Assembly: GCA_027491915.1 (NCBI GenBank)
Contig: JAOZGC010000002.1
Span: forward strand, 160,001 to 224,000
Direction: 5' to 3'
From: Thermoproteota archaeon
GTDB lineage: Archaea > Korarchaeota > Korarchaeia > Korarchaeales > Korarchaeaceae
Length of the DNA: 64,000 nucleotides
This document shows, piece by piece, positions 1 to 10,292 of the stretch (positions are counted from its first letter, which is position 1; each line of letters opens with the position of its first letter). The notes beneath the pieces are model-generated. The model searched no databases. It saw only the letters and a list, made by a program, of their open reading frames with translations, and had not been told where the DNA came from. The translations under genes and the position numbers were made by a program.

Positions 1-1097
1 CCCTTCAAGGTGGGACGGACGACGCTCCTCGAGATCCTCTCGGGGGTCGAGCGGCGCCCCCTCCTCAAGTCCCCCAGCCTCTGTATCAACGGCTGGTTCC
101 CGGCTATGTTGTTGGCTAGCCTGGCTATGTCGAGCGCGTAGTCTATGGAGTTCCTGTGGGGTTCCGTGAACTTGGTCGACACCAGTAAGGCGAAGTTGGT
201 GTTGTCGGTCTTGCAGCATTCCCTGGCCTGCCCGTTCACCGTCACTATTCCCCAGTAGGACTCCGTCACAACCTCCCCCCCCGGGTTGACGCAGAACACC
301 CTGACCTTGTCGTCGAACGTTGGGGTGTAGTAGATGAGCTTCGGCTCGTACAGCACCTCCGTGAACTCCCTCATGACCTCCTCCGACACCTCCACCCTGA
401 CCCCCAGATCCACCCTCCCCCCCTCAAACGGTATGCCCAGCCTCTCCGCCTCTCCCACCAGCCAGTGGGCCCCGACCCTGCCGGGCGCGGCGATCACGTA
501 TCTCCCAGCCACAAGCTCTCCCCCCTCAAGCTCCACCCCCCCAACCCTCCCCCCGTCGGTCACTATCCTCCTCGCCCTCGTCCTGAACCTGAACTCGACC
601 CCCATCTCCTCAAGCCTCTTCCTGAAGTTCTCGAGCACTGTCCTCCCTCCGTCGCTCCCCATGTGTCTTATTCTGAAGGGAACCAGAAGGAGACCTTGCC
701 TGTAAGCTTTCCTCTTCAATTCCCTGATCCTCTGTCTATCTACCCCATACAGGCGCTTCGGCGCCCCCATCTCCAGGTACACCTCATCCACGTAATCTAT
801 CAAATCCCAGACCGCCTTCTCCCCTATGTAACTGGCTAAGTCCCCTCCAACATCCTTTGTCAGGTTAAGTTTTCCATCGCTGAATGCCCCCGCCCCACCA
901 AAACCGGAGACCACGCCGCAGACAGGGCAGAGGACGCATTTCCCCACGTCTTCGCGGGGACAGTTCCTACCGGTCAGGTCCTCTCCCATCTCCACCAAGA
1001 GGATCTCCGAGTCAGGTTTCAGCCTCTTGATCTCGTAGGCTGCGAATATGCCGGTGGGGCCGGCGCCCACTATGACGACGTCCCACCTTCCGCTCAG
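1..1097 (-). CDS. FAD-dependent oxidoreductase (COG2509-like), truncated by window start
   Basis: Manual minus-strand translation (not in ORF track): WDVVIVGAGPTGIFAAYEI...CPREDVGKCVLCPVCGVVSGFGGAGAFSDGKLNLT. GxGxxG FAD motif plus GGAGxFSDGKL signature. Probable CTG start at 1097. Confidence 0.85.
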   Translation of the reverse strand, partial: MSGRWDVVIVGAGPTGIFAAYEIKRLKPDSEILLVEMGEDLTGRNCPREDVGKCVLCPVCGVVSGFGGAGAFSDGKLNLTKDVGGDLASYIGEKAVWDLIDYVDEVYLEMGAPKRLYGVDRQRIRELKRKAYRQGLLLVPFRIRHMGSDGGRTVLENFRKRLEEMGVEFRFRTRARRIVTDGGRVGGVELEGGELVAGRYVIAAPGRVGAHWLVGEAERLGIPFEGGRVDLGVRVEVSEEVMREFTEVLYEPKLIYYTPTFDDKVRVFCVNPGGEVVTESYWGIVTVNGQARECCKTDNTNFALLVSTKFTEPHRNSIDYALDIARLANNIAGNQPLIQRLGDLRRGRRSTPERISRSVVRPTLK

Positions 1098-1129
1098 CCT
1101 GTTCCCTTGCCGGATCCGGGCTCGGGTGA

Positions 1130-1138
1130 TTATATAAA
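1130..1138. promoter_or_regulatory. TATA box of a divergent promoter
   Basis: TTATATAAA in the short gap between two divergent genes. Confidence 0.55.
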
Positions 1139-1159
1139 GGATCGTCTCAACGTCCGCCC

Positions 1160-1513
1160 GTGGCGCCCAGGGCCCGCCGGATCCGCGACGACCTCAGCCT
1201 CCTACCCCCCGAGAGCGCCATAAAGGCCATAAGGGCCGTTGAGGATGGGAGGGTGATTTCCATACGTGTGGATGGGGAGGATACAGGCGTGAGGTTGGTC
1301 AGAGGGGAAGAGGGCACCTACTTGGTTCTCTCCGGGTCTTTCTGTTCCTGCCCCGACTTCTACGTCAGGGTCCTGTCTAGATCCGAGAGGCCCCTCTGCT
1401 ACCACCTGGCCGCGGTCAGGGTGGCCGAGTCGGAGGGCTCCCTAAGGAGGATTGACCTCTCCCGCGGCAGGCTGATGGAACTAATCTGCCGGCTCCTCTT
1501 CTCGGAAAGCTGA
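1160..1513 (+). CDS. SWIM zinc-finger protein
   Basis: CSCPDF...LCYHL (CxC-xn-CxH) SWIM motif. Confidence 0.8.
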   Translation: MAPRARRIRDDLSLLPPESAIKAIRAVEDGRVISIRVDGEDTGVRLVRGEEGTYLVLSGSFCSCPDFYVRVLSRSERPLCYHLAAVRVAESEGSLRRIDLSRGRLMELICRLLFSES

Positions 1514-1545
1514 CTTTTTATGATTCGAATCCGCCTACCGACAAG

Positions 1546-2301
1546 ATGTCTCCGGGGAATTCGCTGGATGAGGTGACGGCCTCCTACCACAAGAGGATCC
1601 TGAAGGAGATGGTCGCCAAGAAGATAGCCGGGGACATTCTCTTCTCAAAGAATATAGGGCTCGCCATGAGGAAGTGGAGGGAATATTTCAACATTAGGCA
1701 GAGCGAGCTCGCCAGGCTACTGGGGGTATCCGCCTCGGTCATATCCGACTACGAGTCCGGTCGCAGGAAGAGTCCGGGATCCCTCGTGCTGAAGAGGTTC
1801 GTGGAGGCGCTGATAGCAGAAGACGAGAAGAGGGGGGGGGCCGTCATCAGGATAATAGCCAAAACGTCCGGGATATCGGGTCTCCTCACGAGCGTGATAG
1901 ACATAAGGGAGTTCTCTGTTCCTATACCGTCAGAGGAGTTCGTGGAGATGGTCGACGGTGTTGAAATAGTGCCGCCGGAGCCCCAATCATACGTGAACGG
2001 GTACACGATAATAGACAGCATAAAGGCAATCGAAAACCTCTCCGGCTCCGACTTCATGAGGCTCTTCGGGGTCTCGACCGAGAGGGCCCTCATATTCACA
2101 AAAGTCTCCATGGGTAGATCTCCCATGGTGGCGCTCAGGGTCTTCGACATAAGGCCGACCCTGGTTATCCTCCACGGTCCAGATCCAAACAAGGTGGACT
2201 TCCTGGCCACCAAGCTTGCCGAGATCATGCGGGTGGGCCTGGTGGTGACCAGGGTGCCCGACGTGGCCGAGCTGGCCGAGCGACTCAGGGAATCCATCTG
2301 A
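1546..2301 (+). CDS. XRE-type HTH transcriptional regulator (archaeal COG1709-like)
   Basis: MRKWREYFNIRQSELARLLGVSASVISDYESGRRKSPG helix-turn-helix; C-terminal TERALIFTKVSMGRSPMVA conserved block. Confidence 0.85.
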   Translation: MSPGNSLDEVTASYHKRILKEMVAKKIAGDILFSKNIGLAMRKWREYFNIRQSELARLLGVSASVISDYESGRRKSPGSLVLKRFVEALIAEDEKRGGAVIRIIAKTSGISGLLTSVIDIREFSVPIPSEEFVEMVDGVEIVPPEPQSYVNGYTIIDSIKAIENLSGSDFMRLFGVSTERALIFTKVSMGRSPMVALRVFDIRPTLVILHGPDPNKVDFLATKLAEIMRVGLVVTRVPDVAELAERLRESI

Positions 2302-2520
2302 TGCACTTTCGTCTTTCGTCGAATTAGTAGCCGGTCGTGGGCGAAATTTATATCCACGATCGGGCCCCACCCACCGGAACCGAGGGCCGGGGACGGATAG
2401 GTTCTGGATCAATTGTCAACAATACTTCCGATAGGACTAAATATAACTAATATTCGAATATGGGTAACGTTTTTTAAGCGATCGTCGTGGTGCGTCGGTC
2501 CGCGGTCGGGAGGAGTGGAC

Positions 2521-4398
2521 GTGCCCCTCGACGATGATGATGACGCCGAGGTCAGGTTGATGACCGGCAACGAGGCCATAGCCAGGGGGGCCGTCGAGGC
2601 TGGCGTGTCCTTCGCGACGGCCTACCCCGGAACCCCAAGCAGCGAGGTCCTGGCCAACCTGGCGAGGATGACCGATCCGGAGAGGGTGTACGTAGAGTGG
2701 TCCACCAACGAGAAGGTCGCTTTCGAGGCGGCCTACGCCGCGTCTCTGGTCGGGGCTAGGGCCATGGCCGTGATGAAGCACCTGGGAACCCACTGGATTG
2801 TCGACCCCCTGGCGGTCGCCGCAGTCGCAGGGACGCGCGGCGGGTTGGTCGTGGTGAGCGCTGACGACCCCTACCCCCACAGCTCCCAGAGCTCGGTGGA
2901 TACCAGACTCACAGGCAGGCTCGTCAACGTTCCGGTCGTGGAGCCGTCGGATCCAGCCGAGGCCAAATCTCTCCTAAAGGAGTCCTTCAAGTTGTCGGAG
3001 GAGCTGGAGCTCCCGGTACTCTTCAGGTACACCACCAGAGTCGCGCACTCCAAATCCCCCGTTCCCCTGGAGGAGCCCGAGGAACCGGAGAGGATCCCCG
3101 GGGACTTCGAGAGGGACCCGGAGAGGTTCGTCTCCATAGCCCCGAACGCCAGGAAGAACATACCCAAACTCATAGAGAAGATAGACAGGGCCGCCGAGCT
3201 GCTCGCCAGGCCGCCCTTCGTTGTCAGGGAGGGGGCCTCGCGCGGCGAGGTCGGCCTGGTGGCATCTGGGGTTCCATATCTCTACGCCCTGGACGCCATG
3301 GAGGTCCTGGGCAGAGAGATCCCCGTGCTTAAGGTGTCCCTGGCGTATCCCCTCCCGCCGAAACCGGTCGACGATTTCCTGAGCGGTCTGAGCCGGGTTC
3401 TGGTCTTGGAGGAGATGGAACCGGTCATAGAAGATCAGCTGATTAAGACGGCCTACCTCTCCGGGAGGAACGTCGAGATCCTGGGGAAGTCCACCGGGGC
3501 GACCAAGAGATTCGGGGAGACCGATGCCGACGCGACTCTGAGGGCGGTATCCGCTCTGGTTGGGATGGACGCGCCGGCCAGCAAAGTCAGGTGGTTTGAG
3601 GACAGGAGGATACCCCAGATGTGCGCCGGGTGCCCCCACAGGGGAAGCTACCTATCCATAAAGCGGGGCCTCATCAGGGCCCGCAGGGGGAGGGGCGTCA
3701 TCTTCGGCGACAGGGGCTGCTACAATCAGGGCGCCAATCCTCCTCTGGAGGCCATAGACACGTGCATAGCCATGGGGGCGAGCATAGCCATGGCCGCGGG
3801 CGCCAAGAAGGCCGGTCTGAGGGAGCCAGCCGTGGCCGTGATAGGGGACTCGACCTTCTTCCACGGGGGCATACCCCCTCTCATAGACGCCGTGGAGGGG
3901 AGGGCCCCGATAGTCGTCGCGATACTAGACAACAGGTGGACTTGCATGACCGGCCATCAGCCGAGTCCGACCACCGGGAAGAATGCCAGGGGGGAGGAGG
4001 CGCCCGTCATACTCCCCGAGGACGTAGTCAGGTCCCTGGGAGTCGGGCACGTCGAGGTGGTCGACGCCTACGACCTGAGCAGGGGGGAGGAGGCGATCTT
4101 CAGGGCGGTGGAACACGCGGAATCTTCCGGAGAGCCGGCGGTCGTAGTGTTCAGGGGGGAGTGCGTCCTCCAGGTCCTGAGGCGGATGAGCAGATCCGGC
4201 GAGAGACCGACTCCCTACGAGGTCGTTCCCGACAAATGCGTCGGCTGCAGGATGTGTGTCCTGACGGGATGCCCAGCAATCTCCTTCGATCTGGAAGAGT
4301 CAACGGCCTCGATAGAGGCAACTAAGTGTACCGGGTGCGGCGTCTGCGCTCAGGTCTGCCCGACCTCCGCGATAGTAAGATCTGGGGTGGGATCTTGA
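2521..4398 (+). CDS. iorA: Indolepyruvate:ferredoxin oxidoreductase alpha subunit
   Basis: MTGNEAIARGA, YPGTPSSE, NEKVA, CAGCPHR, GDSTFFH...LDN TPP motif, C-terminal 2x[4Fe-4S]. GTG start after GGAGGAG; the ORF-track start at 2413 is likely too long. Confidence 0.93.
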   Translation: MPLDDDDDAEVRLMTGNEAIARGAVEAGVSFATAYPGTPSSEVLANLARMTDPERVYVEWSTNEKVAFEAAYAASLVGARAMAVMKHLGTHWIVDPLAVAAVAGTRGGLVVVSADDPYPHSSQSSVDTRLTGRLVNVPVVEPSDPAEAKSLLKESFKLSEELELPVLFRYTTRVAHSKSPVPLEEPEEPERIPGDFERDPERFVSIAPNARKNIPKLIEKIDRAAELLARPPFVVREGASRGEVGLVASGVPYLYALDAMEVLGREIPVLKVSLAYPLPPKPVDDFLSGLSRVLVLEEMEPVIEDQLIKTAYLSGRNVEILGKSTGATKRFGETDADATLRAVSALVGMDAPASKVRWFEDRRIPQMCAGCPHRGSYLSIKRGLIRARRGRGVIFGDRGCYNQGANPPLEAIDTCIAMGASIAMAAGAKKAGLREPAVAVIGDSTFFHGGIPPLIDAVEGRAPIVVAILDNRWTCMTGHQPSPTTGKNARGEEAPVILPEDVVRSLGVGHVEVVDAYDLSRGEEAIFRAVEHAESSGEPAVVVFRGECVLQVLRRMSRSGERPTPYEVVPDKCVGCRMCVLTGCPAISFDLEESTASIEATKCTGCGVCAQVCPTSAIVRSGVGS

Positions 4399-5021
4399 CG
4401 GGGGGAGAAAAGCTCGACGTGGTTCTGGCCGGCATAGGGGGGCAGGGAGTGGTGCTCGCGTCGGACATACTAGGCAGGGCGGCCATGCGGGCGGGCTTCC
4501 GAGTAAGGATAGCCAACACCCACGGCCTCGCCCAGAGGGAGGGATCCGTCAGCAGCCACGTCAGGATTGGCCGCGGGATCCACGGTCCGATGGTCAGGCT
4601 CGGGGGCGCCGACGTCGTGGTCGGATTCGAGCTGGCCGAGGCGGCCCGCAACCTCAAATACCTGTCCGACTCGGGCGTCCTGATCTCCAACTCCACCCTG
4701 ATCTACCCCTTGGCCCACTACTCAGGTCACTCTCCCTGGCCTGATGGTCGAGAGATACTGCGCATGATAACCGATCAGATCTCCCCAGACCGCCTGATAT
4801 TATTGAACGCCGAATCTCTGGCGCTGCGGGCCGGGAACATCCGCACGGTCAACGTGGTCATGCTGGGCGTCTTGTCCTCCCTCGATCTCCTCCCATTCCC
4901 GGAGGAGATCCTGTTGTCCGAGATAGAGAGATCCGTCCCCAGGTTCGCGGTCGAGAGCAACCTGAGGGCTTTCGAGTATGGCAAATCCGCCGTTGGGGGT
5001 GGAGATGGTGAGACCGGATAG
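4395..5021 (+). CDS. iorB: Indolepyruvate:ferredoxin oxidoreductase beta subunit
   Basis: [31 protein letters not shown]; TTGA start/stop overlap with iorA. Confidence 0.92.
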   Translation: MTGGEKLDVVLAGIGGQGVVLASDILGRAAMRAGFRVRIANTHGLAQREGSVSSHVRIGRGIHGPMVRLGGADVVVGFELAEAARNLKYLSDSGVLISNSTLIYPLAHYSGHSPWPDGREILRMITDQISPDRLILLNAESLALRAGNIRTVNVVMLGVLSSLDLLPFPEEILLSEIERSVPRFAVESNLRAFEYGKSAVGGGDGETG

Positions 5022-6087
5022 AGGGGTCGGCATAGTTGGTTGGGGGGTGTACATACCCGTCCACAGGATAAGGGCCGAGGAGTTGGCCAGGGCGTGGGGC
5101 AGGGACTGGAAGAGGTTCGCCGCCGGGGTCTTCGTTGAGGAGAAGAGCCTGCCGGGGCTCGACGAGGACACGTTCACGATAGCCTACGAGGCCGCCAAGA
5201 ACGCGCTTAGGAGGGCCAGGATAGATCCCAAGAGCGTGAGGGCGGTCTACGTCGGGACTGAGTCGAAGCCGTACGCCGTCAAGCCAACATCCACCATGTT
5301 GATAGAGGCCCTGGACCTCGGCGAGAGGAGCACCACCGGAGCCGACTTCGAGTTCGCGTGCAAGGCCGGAACAGAGGCCCTGGAGGCCACGATAGGTCTG
5401 GTCGGCTCTGGCATGATAGATTACGGCCTGGTTATAGGCGCCGACACTGCCCAGGGGGCGCCGGGCGATCCCCTGGAGTATACCGCCGCCTCCGGGGGAG
5501 CAGCGCTCGTGATCGGGCCTGTCGAGAACTCGATCGCCGAGATAGTGGCATCTCACTCGTTCGTGACCGACACACCCGACTTCTGGCGTCGGAAACTGGT
5601 TAAGTATCCGGCCCACACGAAGGCCTTCACCGGAGTCCCAGCCTACTTCAGACACATAACGACCGCGGCGAGGGCCCTGATGGACGAGCTGGGAACCAAC
5701 CCAGGGGATTACGACTACGCGGTGTTCCACCAGCCGAACGGCAAGTTCCCCCTGAGGGTCGGCAAGATGCTCGGCTTCCCCAAGGAGAAGATACTACCAG
5801 GCCTGATAACCCCAAAGATCGGAAATACCTACAGCGGATCGTCCCTCGTGGGTTTGTCTGCCGTGTTGGATGTTGCCAAGCCGGGTCAGAAGATCCTCGT
5901 CGCCTCCTTTGGCTCCGGCGCCGGGAGCGACGCCTTCCACATAGAGGTCCTCGACGGGATAGAGGAGGCTCAAGCGCTGGCCCCCAGAGTTTCGGACTAC
6001 GTGAACTGGAAGAGGTACGTGGACTACGCAATCTACGCCAGGAACAGAAGGATGTACAAGATGCCGAACGACATGGGAGCCTACTGA
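5005..6087 (+). CDS. Archaeal HMG-CoA synthase
   Basis: [19 protein letters not shown] (catalytic Cys), [24 protein letters not shown]. Confidence 0.95.
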   Translation: MVRPDRGVGIVGWGVYIPVHRIRAEELARAWGRDWKRFAAGVFVEEKSLPGLDEDTFTIAYEAAKNALRRARIDPKSVRAVYVGTESKPYAVKPTSTMLIEALDLGERSTTGADFEFACKAGTEALEATIGLVGSGMIDYGLVIGADTAQGAPGDPLEYTAASGGAALVIGPVENSIAEIVASHSFVTDTPDFWRRKLVKYPAHTKAFTGVPAYFRHITTAARALMDELGTNPGDYDYAVFHQPNGKFPLRVGKMLGFPKEKILPGLITPKIGNTYSGSSLVGLSAVLDVAKPGQKILVASFGSGAGSDAFHIEVLDGIEEAQALAPRVSDYVNWKRYVDYAIYARNRRMYKMPNDMGAY

Positions 6088-6108
6088 CCTATTTGGAGAG
6101 GTGGGATC

Positions 6109-7245
6109 GTGACGAGCGTGTCGATAACCGGGGTCGGCCTCACCAAGATTGGCCAGCATTGGGATCGCTCCCTCCGGAGCCTCGCCGTCGAGGCCGCCTC
6201 GAGGGCGATGGAGGACTCCGGGATTGAGGGGGTGGATGCCATATTCGTCGGGAACATGATGTCCGGTCTGCTGAACGGCCAGGAGAACCTGGGATCCCTC
6301 TTGGCAGACTACCTCGGCCTGGCGGGGATCCCGTCGGTTAAGGTGGAGGCGGCGTGCGCCTCCGGGGGGGCTGCCGCAGTCCAGGGCTTCATGGCCGTCA
6401 AGTCGGGCCTCTTCCGGAGGGTCCTCGTCGTTGGGGTCGAGAAGATGACCGACATGACCGACTCGGAGGACGTGAGCGCCGCGCTGGCCACGGCCGCCGA
6501 CGCCGAGTACGAGGTGTTCTACGGAGCGACCTTCGTCTCGCTCAACGCCCTCATCATGAGGCTGTACGCCAGGAGATACGGCCTGTCTGAGGAGGACTTC
6601 GGTTACCTCCCCATACTTATGCACTCTAACGCGTCGGACACGCCGCACGCCCAGCTCAGGTTCAAGATAGACATGGAGAGGTATCTGGGCTCCCCCATGA
6701 TCTCGGACCCCCTCAGGCTCATGGATGCGGCCCCAGTGGGGGACGGTGCGGCGGCCGTGGTGTTGGAGGGATCGGATTCCGGGGTTGAGGTGGCAGGCGT
6801 GGGCATGGCCACAGATCAAATTGCCCTCCACAGCAGGGGGGACCTACTCAGACTGCCGGCCGTGGAGCTGGCAGCAAGGAGGGCCATGGAGATGGCTGGT
6901 ATAACCCAAAAGGAAGTCGACGTGTTCCAGATACACGACGCGTTCAGCGTCATGGGCTACCTGAACATGGAGTCGATAGGCCTGGCCGAGCCGGGTCGGG
7001 CTTACATCCTCGCGGAGTCCGGGGAGATCGCCAGGGACGGACCTGTTCCTGTCAACCCGGAGGGCGGTCTGAAGGCCCGGGGCCACCCGGTGGGGGCCAC
7101 CGGGATATACCAGCTGGCGGAGCTGTACAATCAGATAGTCGGCAGGGCCGGCCCGAGTCAGGTAGAGGGGGCGAAGCTGGGCTTCGCGATCAACGTCGGA
7201 GGGACCGGGTCCAACGTCGCCGCGGTAGTGTTGAGGGGGAGGTGA
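6109..7245 (+). CDS. Acetoacetyl-CoA thiolase
   Basis: EAACASGG, GVEKMT, HDAF, GGLKARGHPVGATG. Confidence 0.93.
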   Translation: MTSVSITGVGLTKIGQHWDRSLRSLAVEAASRAMEDSGIEGVDAIFVGNMMSGLLNGQENLGSLLADYLGLAGIPSVKVEAACASGGAAAVQGFMAVKSGLFRRVLVVGVEKMTDMTDSEDVSAALATAADAEYEVFYGATFVSLNALIMRLYARRYGLSEEDFGYLPILMHSNASDTPHAQLRFKIDMERYLGSPMISDPLRLMDAAPVGDGAAAVVLEGSDSGVEVAGVGMATDQIALHSRGDLLRLPAVELAARRAMEMAGITQKEVDVFQIHDAFSVMGYLNMESIGLAEPGRAYILAESGEIARDGPVPVNPEGGLKARGHPVGATGIYQLAELYNQIVGRAGPSQVEGAKLGFAINVGGTGSNVAAVVLRGR

Positions 7246-7251
7246 GCGATC

Positions 7252-7674
7252 GTGTGGTCCGTCAAGGCGAGCGTGCCGTCTCTCTGGAGGGAGGCCCCCT
7301 CCAGATACAGGTTGGAGGCCACCGAGTGCGTCGAGTGCGGCGCCAGACACTACCCACCGAGGGAGATCTGCCCCAGGTGCGGCTCGAAGAATCTCAGGAG
7401 GGTGAGGCTGCCCGAGAGCGGGAAGGTGATCTCCTTCACCCACGTCAGGGCGCCCCTGAGGGGTTTCGAGTACTACACCCCCTTGACGCTGGCGATAATA
7501 GAGCTGGACGACGGGACCAGGATCCTAGGTCAGCTGACCGACGTCGATCCGGAAGATGTGGTCGAGGGGATGAGGGTCTCCGCGGTTATAAGGATCGTCA
7601 GGGTCAGCGGGGAGACGGGCGTCGTCTCTTACGCCCTGAAGTTCAGGCCGGAGATGCCGACTGGTGATCGCTGA
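7252..7674 (+). CDS. DUF35 Zn-ribbon/OB-fold protein (thiolase-HMGS scaffold)
   Basis: CVECG...PPREICPRCGS, OB-fold, YALKF end; adjacent to thiolase and HMGS. Confidence 0.92.
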   Translation: MWSVKASVPSLWREAPSRYRLEATECVECGARHYPPREICPRCGSKNLRRVRLPESGKVISFTHVRAPLRGFEYYTPLTLAIIELDDGTRILGQLTDVDPEDVVEGMRVSAVIRIVRVSGETGVVSYALKFRPEMPTGDR

Positions 7675-7712
7675 GGGGGGGCGAGGGGACGGGGTCGGAT
7701 CTCGCGAGGCGG

Positions 7713-8921
7713 GTGCTGGCGGGCGAGCTCAGCCTGAGGAGGCTATCCGAGCTGACCACCAGCGAGAACGAGGCAGCCGAGCTGAGGAGGAAGTTCCTCG
7801 AGGACGTGACTGGGGCCGACCTGTCCCCGCTGGCAGCCCCCCAACTTAACTTCGACGAGCTGGTCGGCCGCAACATAGAGAATCCTGTGGGGGCCGCCTC
7901 CATACCCCTGGGCGTGGTGGGCCCCCTCAAGGTGGAGGGAGACTACGCCAGGGGGGTTTTCTTCCCCGTGCTAGCCACCAGCGAGGGAGCCCTGGTCGCC
8001 TCGGTCAACAGGGGCGTCGCGGCCATCCACAAATCGGGAGGTGCGAGGGCGGCTGTTCTAAATGACGAGATGACCAGGGCGCCGCTCATCAAGACGAGCG
8101 GACTCGGAGAGTCGCTGAGGATAGCCAGGTGGGTGGAGGACAACCTGACCCTACTCCAAGAGGAGGTCTCCGAGGTGACCCGCCACGGGAGGCTCATCGG
8201 GGTTAGGGCCTTTCCCCACGGCAGGAATCTCTTCCTCAGGCTGAGGTTCTCGACGGGGGACGCCATGGGGATGAACATGGTTACCATAGCCTCGGAGAGA
8301 ATAGTCCGCAGGATAATGGAGGAGTTCCCCGGGGTGATCGAGGTGGCCCTCAGCGGCAACCTGTGCACGGACAAGAAGCCGGCCGCGGTAAACTGGGTGT
8401 CAGGCAGAGGTAAGACCGTGGCGGCGGAGGCCGTCATAGGCAGGAGGATAGTATCCTCCGTCTTGAAGACCTCCCCCGAGGAGATCTTCGAGGTGTACTG
8501 GAGGAAGAATCTCCTGGGATCGGCGGCCGCCGGGACCCTGGGGGGCTTCAACGCCCACTTCGCCAACATAGTGGCGGCCATGTTCGCCGCCTACGGCCAA
8601 GATCTGGCCCAGGTGGTCGAGTCCAGCATGGGAATCAGCGTCTTCGAACTGACAGAGCGAGGGGACCTCTACTCCTCGGTAATCCTGCCGTCCCTGGAAG
8701 TCGGCACCGTTGGAGGCGGGACCCGCCTGCCGCACGCCAGGGCCGCCCTCTCAGCGTTGGGGTGCCTCGGCGGGGGGAGACCTCCCGGTTCCAACGCCAA
8801 GAAGTTCGCGGAGATAGTCGCCGCCACGGTCCTGGCTGGGGAGCTCTCGCTCCTGGCCTCCCTGGCGGAGGGCAGCCTCGCCCGGAGTCACAGGATGTTG
8901 GGCAGGGGGGGCCAACTTTAA
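7713..8921 (+). CDS. hmgA: HMG-CoA reductase, class I
   Basis: ENPVG, ATSEGALVAS, TGDAMGMNMV, GTVGGGT, C-terminal His; in-frame CTG at 7671 may be the true start. Confidence 0.95.
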   Translation: MLAGELSLRRLSELTTSENEAAELRRKFLEDVTGADLSPLAAPQLNFDELVGRNIENPVGAASIPLGVVGPLKVEGDYARGVFFPVLATSEGALVASVNRGVAAIHKSGGARAAVLNDEMTRAPLIKTSGLGESLRIARWVEDNLTLLQEEVSEVTRHGRLIGVRAFPHGRNLFLRLRFSTGDAMGMNMVTIASERIVRRIMEEFPGVIEVALSGNLCTDKKPAAVNWVSGRGKTVAAEAVIGRRIVSSVLKTSPEEIFEVYWRKNLLGSAAAGTLGGFNAHFANIVAAMFAAYGQDLAQVVESSMGISVFELTERGDLYSSVILPSLEVGTVGGGTRLPHARAALSALGCLGGGRPPGSNAKKFAEIVAATVLAGELSLLASLAEGSLARSHRMLGRGGQL

Positions 8922-8945
8922 TCCCAGGGGAGGAGAGATCGAGGG

Positions 8946-10292
8946 ATGGGTCTCTCCTACAGGGGAAGGGCGAGGGCCCTATTGGAGGAAGCCGGGGCTG
9001 AGGACTACGACCTGTTGGAAATGAGGACCGGATCTCGGAAGCTCTCCGGGATCCTGATGCCGAGACCTGAGATACTGGACGATGAGCACGTCGTGATCAA
9101 GTTGGACAACGGCTACAACATGGGAGTAGCCGTCGCCAAGATCTCGGGCGTCAGAGTGCTCAGGAAGGGCGGCGCGGCCCCTGAGCGCAGGCCGCCCGCC
9201 CCGTCTGCCCCCCGTGGAGGCCTTCCCAAGGTCTCCATACTGGCCACCGGCGGGACCATAGCCTCGAGGGTCGAGTATTCCACCGGCGCCGTCAGGCCGA
9301 CCGAGAGTCCTGAGGAGCTCTTGGATCTCATCCCAGAGATGGGAGAGGCGGCCGACGTGTCCTATAAGTCCATAATGGCGGTCTTCAGCGAGGACATCTC
9401 CCCGGAAGACTGGGTCGAGATAGCCCGCGCCGCCGCCTCGGAACTAAACTCGGGGGCCTCCGGAGTGGTGGTGGCCCACGGCACCGACACCATGCACTAC
9501 ACGGCGGCGGCCCTCTCCTTCCTCCTCCAGAATCTCACGAAACCCGTGATCCTCGTGGGGGCTCAGAGATCCATAGACAGACCCAGCACCGACGCCGTGC
9601 TGAACCTCTCCTCCGCCGTGAGGATGGCGGCCTACGGTCCGGCGGCCGAGGTCATGATAGTGATGCACGGGAGCACGTCCGACGACTTTGCCTTTGCCAT
9701 AAGGGGGGTTAAGGCCAGGAAGATGCACACCTCGAGGAGGGACGCGTTCCTCCCGGTGAACGAACCCCCCATCGCCGTCATATCCTCGGGGGGTGACATA
9801 GAGATCACGGGGAGGATAAGGCGTCGGAGGGGGAGTGGGAAGGTGGACGTCGACCCCAGGATAGAACCCAGGGTGGCCCTGATATACGCGTGGCCCTCCA
9901 TTACTGGAGATTACCTGCGGGCGGTATCATCCTCCGGATATGAGGGGGTGGTCATAGCGGGCACCGGCCTGGGCCACGTGCCAAATAGGATCATCTCCGA
10001 GATAGGGGAGCTCGTGGACTCCGGAATCCCCGTGGTGATATCCTCCCAGTGCCTCTTCGGGAGGGTGAACCTGAGGGTCTACTCCACGGGTCGGAGGCTG
10101 CTGGCCGCCGGGGCTATCCCGGCGGGGGACATGCTCCCGGAGGTGGCCACGGTTAAGCTGATGGTCGGGCTGGGGAGGGGATACCGGGGCGACGAGCTGA
10201 GGGAGTTCATGACCTCCAACATCGCCGGGGAGATCTCCGAGTCGATTCCCCCAAACTCCTTCCCGCCGTGCTATCGCCCGGGGGCGATATAG
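8946..10292 (+). CDS. gatD: Glu-tRNA(Gln) amidotransferase subunit D
   Basis: KLDNGYN, TGGTIASR, HGTDT, QRSIDRPS, KMHTSRRDAF. Confidence 0.96.
   Translation: MGLSYRGRARALLEEAGAEDYDLLEMRTGSRKLSGILMPRPEILDDEHVVIKLDNGYNMGVAVAKISGVRVLRKGGAAPERRPPAPSAPRGGLPKVSILATGGTIASRVEYSTGAVRPTESPEELLDLIPEMGEAADVSYKSIMAVFSEDISPEDWVEIARAAASELNSGASGVVVAHGTDTMHYTAAALSFLLQNLTKPVILVGAQRSIDRPSTDAVLNLSSAVRMAAYGPAAEVMIVMHGSTSDDFAFAIRGVKARKMHTSRRDAFLPVNEPPIAVISSGGDIEITGRIRRRRGSGKVDVDPRIEPRVALIYAWPSITGDYLRAVSSSGYEGVVIAGTGLGHVPNRIISEIGELVDSGIPVVISSQCLFGRVNLRVYSTGRRLLAAGAIPAGDMLPEVATVKLMVGLGRGYRGDELREFMTSNIAGEISESIPPNSFPPCYRPGAI

Noticed and set aside
2533-2565. ATGATGA box C-like motif
   Set aside because: Explained by the Asp run at the iorA N-terminus; no properly spaced CTGA D box.
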